Source: Lachnospiraceae bacterium (GTDB lineage Bacteria > Bacillota_I > Bacilli_A > RFN20 > CAG-826). Taken from it: 64,000 bases of DNA. Positions 63,954-64,000 of this stretch are shown here, one piece after another. Position numbers and translations under genes: made by a program. Position 1 is the stretch's first letter. Each line of letters opens with the position of its first letter. The DNA lies in assembly GCA_963657245.1 (NCBI GenBank), contig CAVKLJ010000003.1, positions 1,219 through 65,218 of the forward strand. The letters run 5' to 3'. The notes below the pieces were generated by a model. The model was not told where the DNA came from. It worked only from the letters and a program-made list of their open reading frames with translations, and did no database searches.

Positions 63954-64000
63954 ATGAAAAAGAAAATATTAATTGCTCTCTCTTTCTTAACAGTAGCCTC
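63954..64000 (+). CDS. 5' end of a secreted/lipoprotein gene (partial, runs off the window)
   Basis: AAAGGAG SD followed by ATG 63954. The translation MKKKILIALSFLTVAS looks like a signal peptide. Confidence 0.4.
   Translation, partial: MKKKILIALSFLTVA

Overview
AT-rich chromosomal segment from a low-GC Bacillota/Mycoplasmatota-like anaerobe. It uses genetic code 11: TGA is a genuine stop, as shown by the ATGA stop/start overlaps at 23886 and 30927. I support about 55 protein-coding genes. I saw no rRNA, tRNA, CRISPR array, transposase or integrase. CDS coordinates include the stop codon, following the ORF track. Several starts were moved to an internal ATG that sits behind a clear Shine-Dalgarno (SD) sequence. 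Housekeeping blocks: gpmA; galE-DUF1836-gatCAB (minus strand); prfA-prmC-tsaC-rpiB (minus strand); dnaX-ybaB-recR-tmk-holB-yaaT-rsmI (plus strand); a polyamine module with an arginine-decarboxylase/agmatine-deiminase fusion plus aguB; nadK-nfnA-nfnB; hsp20 behind tandem CIRCE operators; ybaK; and an expanded Opp-type ABC transporter with a giant substrate-binding lipoprotein and insertions in both ATPases. Surface and lipid genes: two patatin-like lipases, a lysophospholipase-like hydrolase, hemolysin-III, a Wzy/O-antigen-ligase-like protein and a 1099-aa YfhO-like protein. The most interesting region is a roughly 6-kb, compositionally mosaic insertion between the rsmI terminator and yfhO (25765..31939). 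It holds a 1230-aa STAND-type P-loop NTPase with a C-terminal HTH. Downstream is a four-gene, translationally coupled operon: DUF4417, a small basic His-motif protein, a small acidic protein, and KptA/Tpt1 (NAD+-dependent RNA 2'-phosphotransferase/ADP-ribosyltransferase fold). I do not recognise this combination as any named defence or toxin system and flag it as the candidate novel system. Smaller accessory items: a stand-alone TIR-like ORF, an orphan RelB/DinJ antitoxin beside an HD (RelA/SpoT-hydrolase-like) gene, a DUF1016 PD-(D/E)xK nuclease behind a 590-bp non-coding spacer, and a DUF4143 AAA ATPase with a palindrome-dense promoter. All family assignments come from motif recognition by eye. 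No searches were run.
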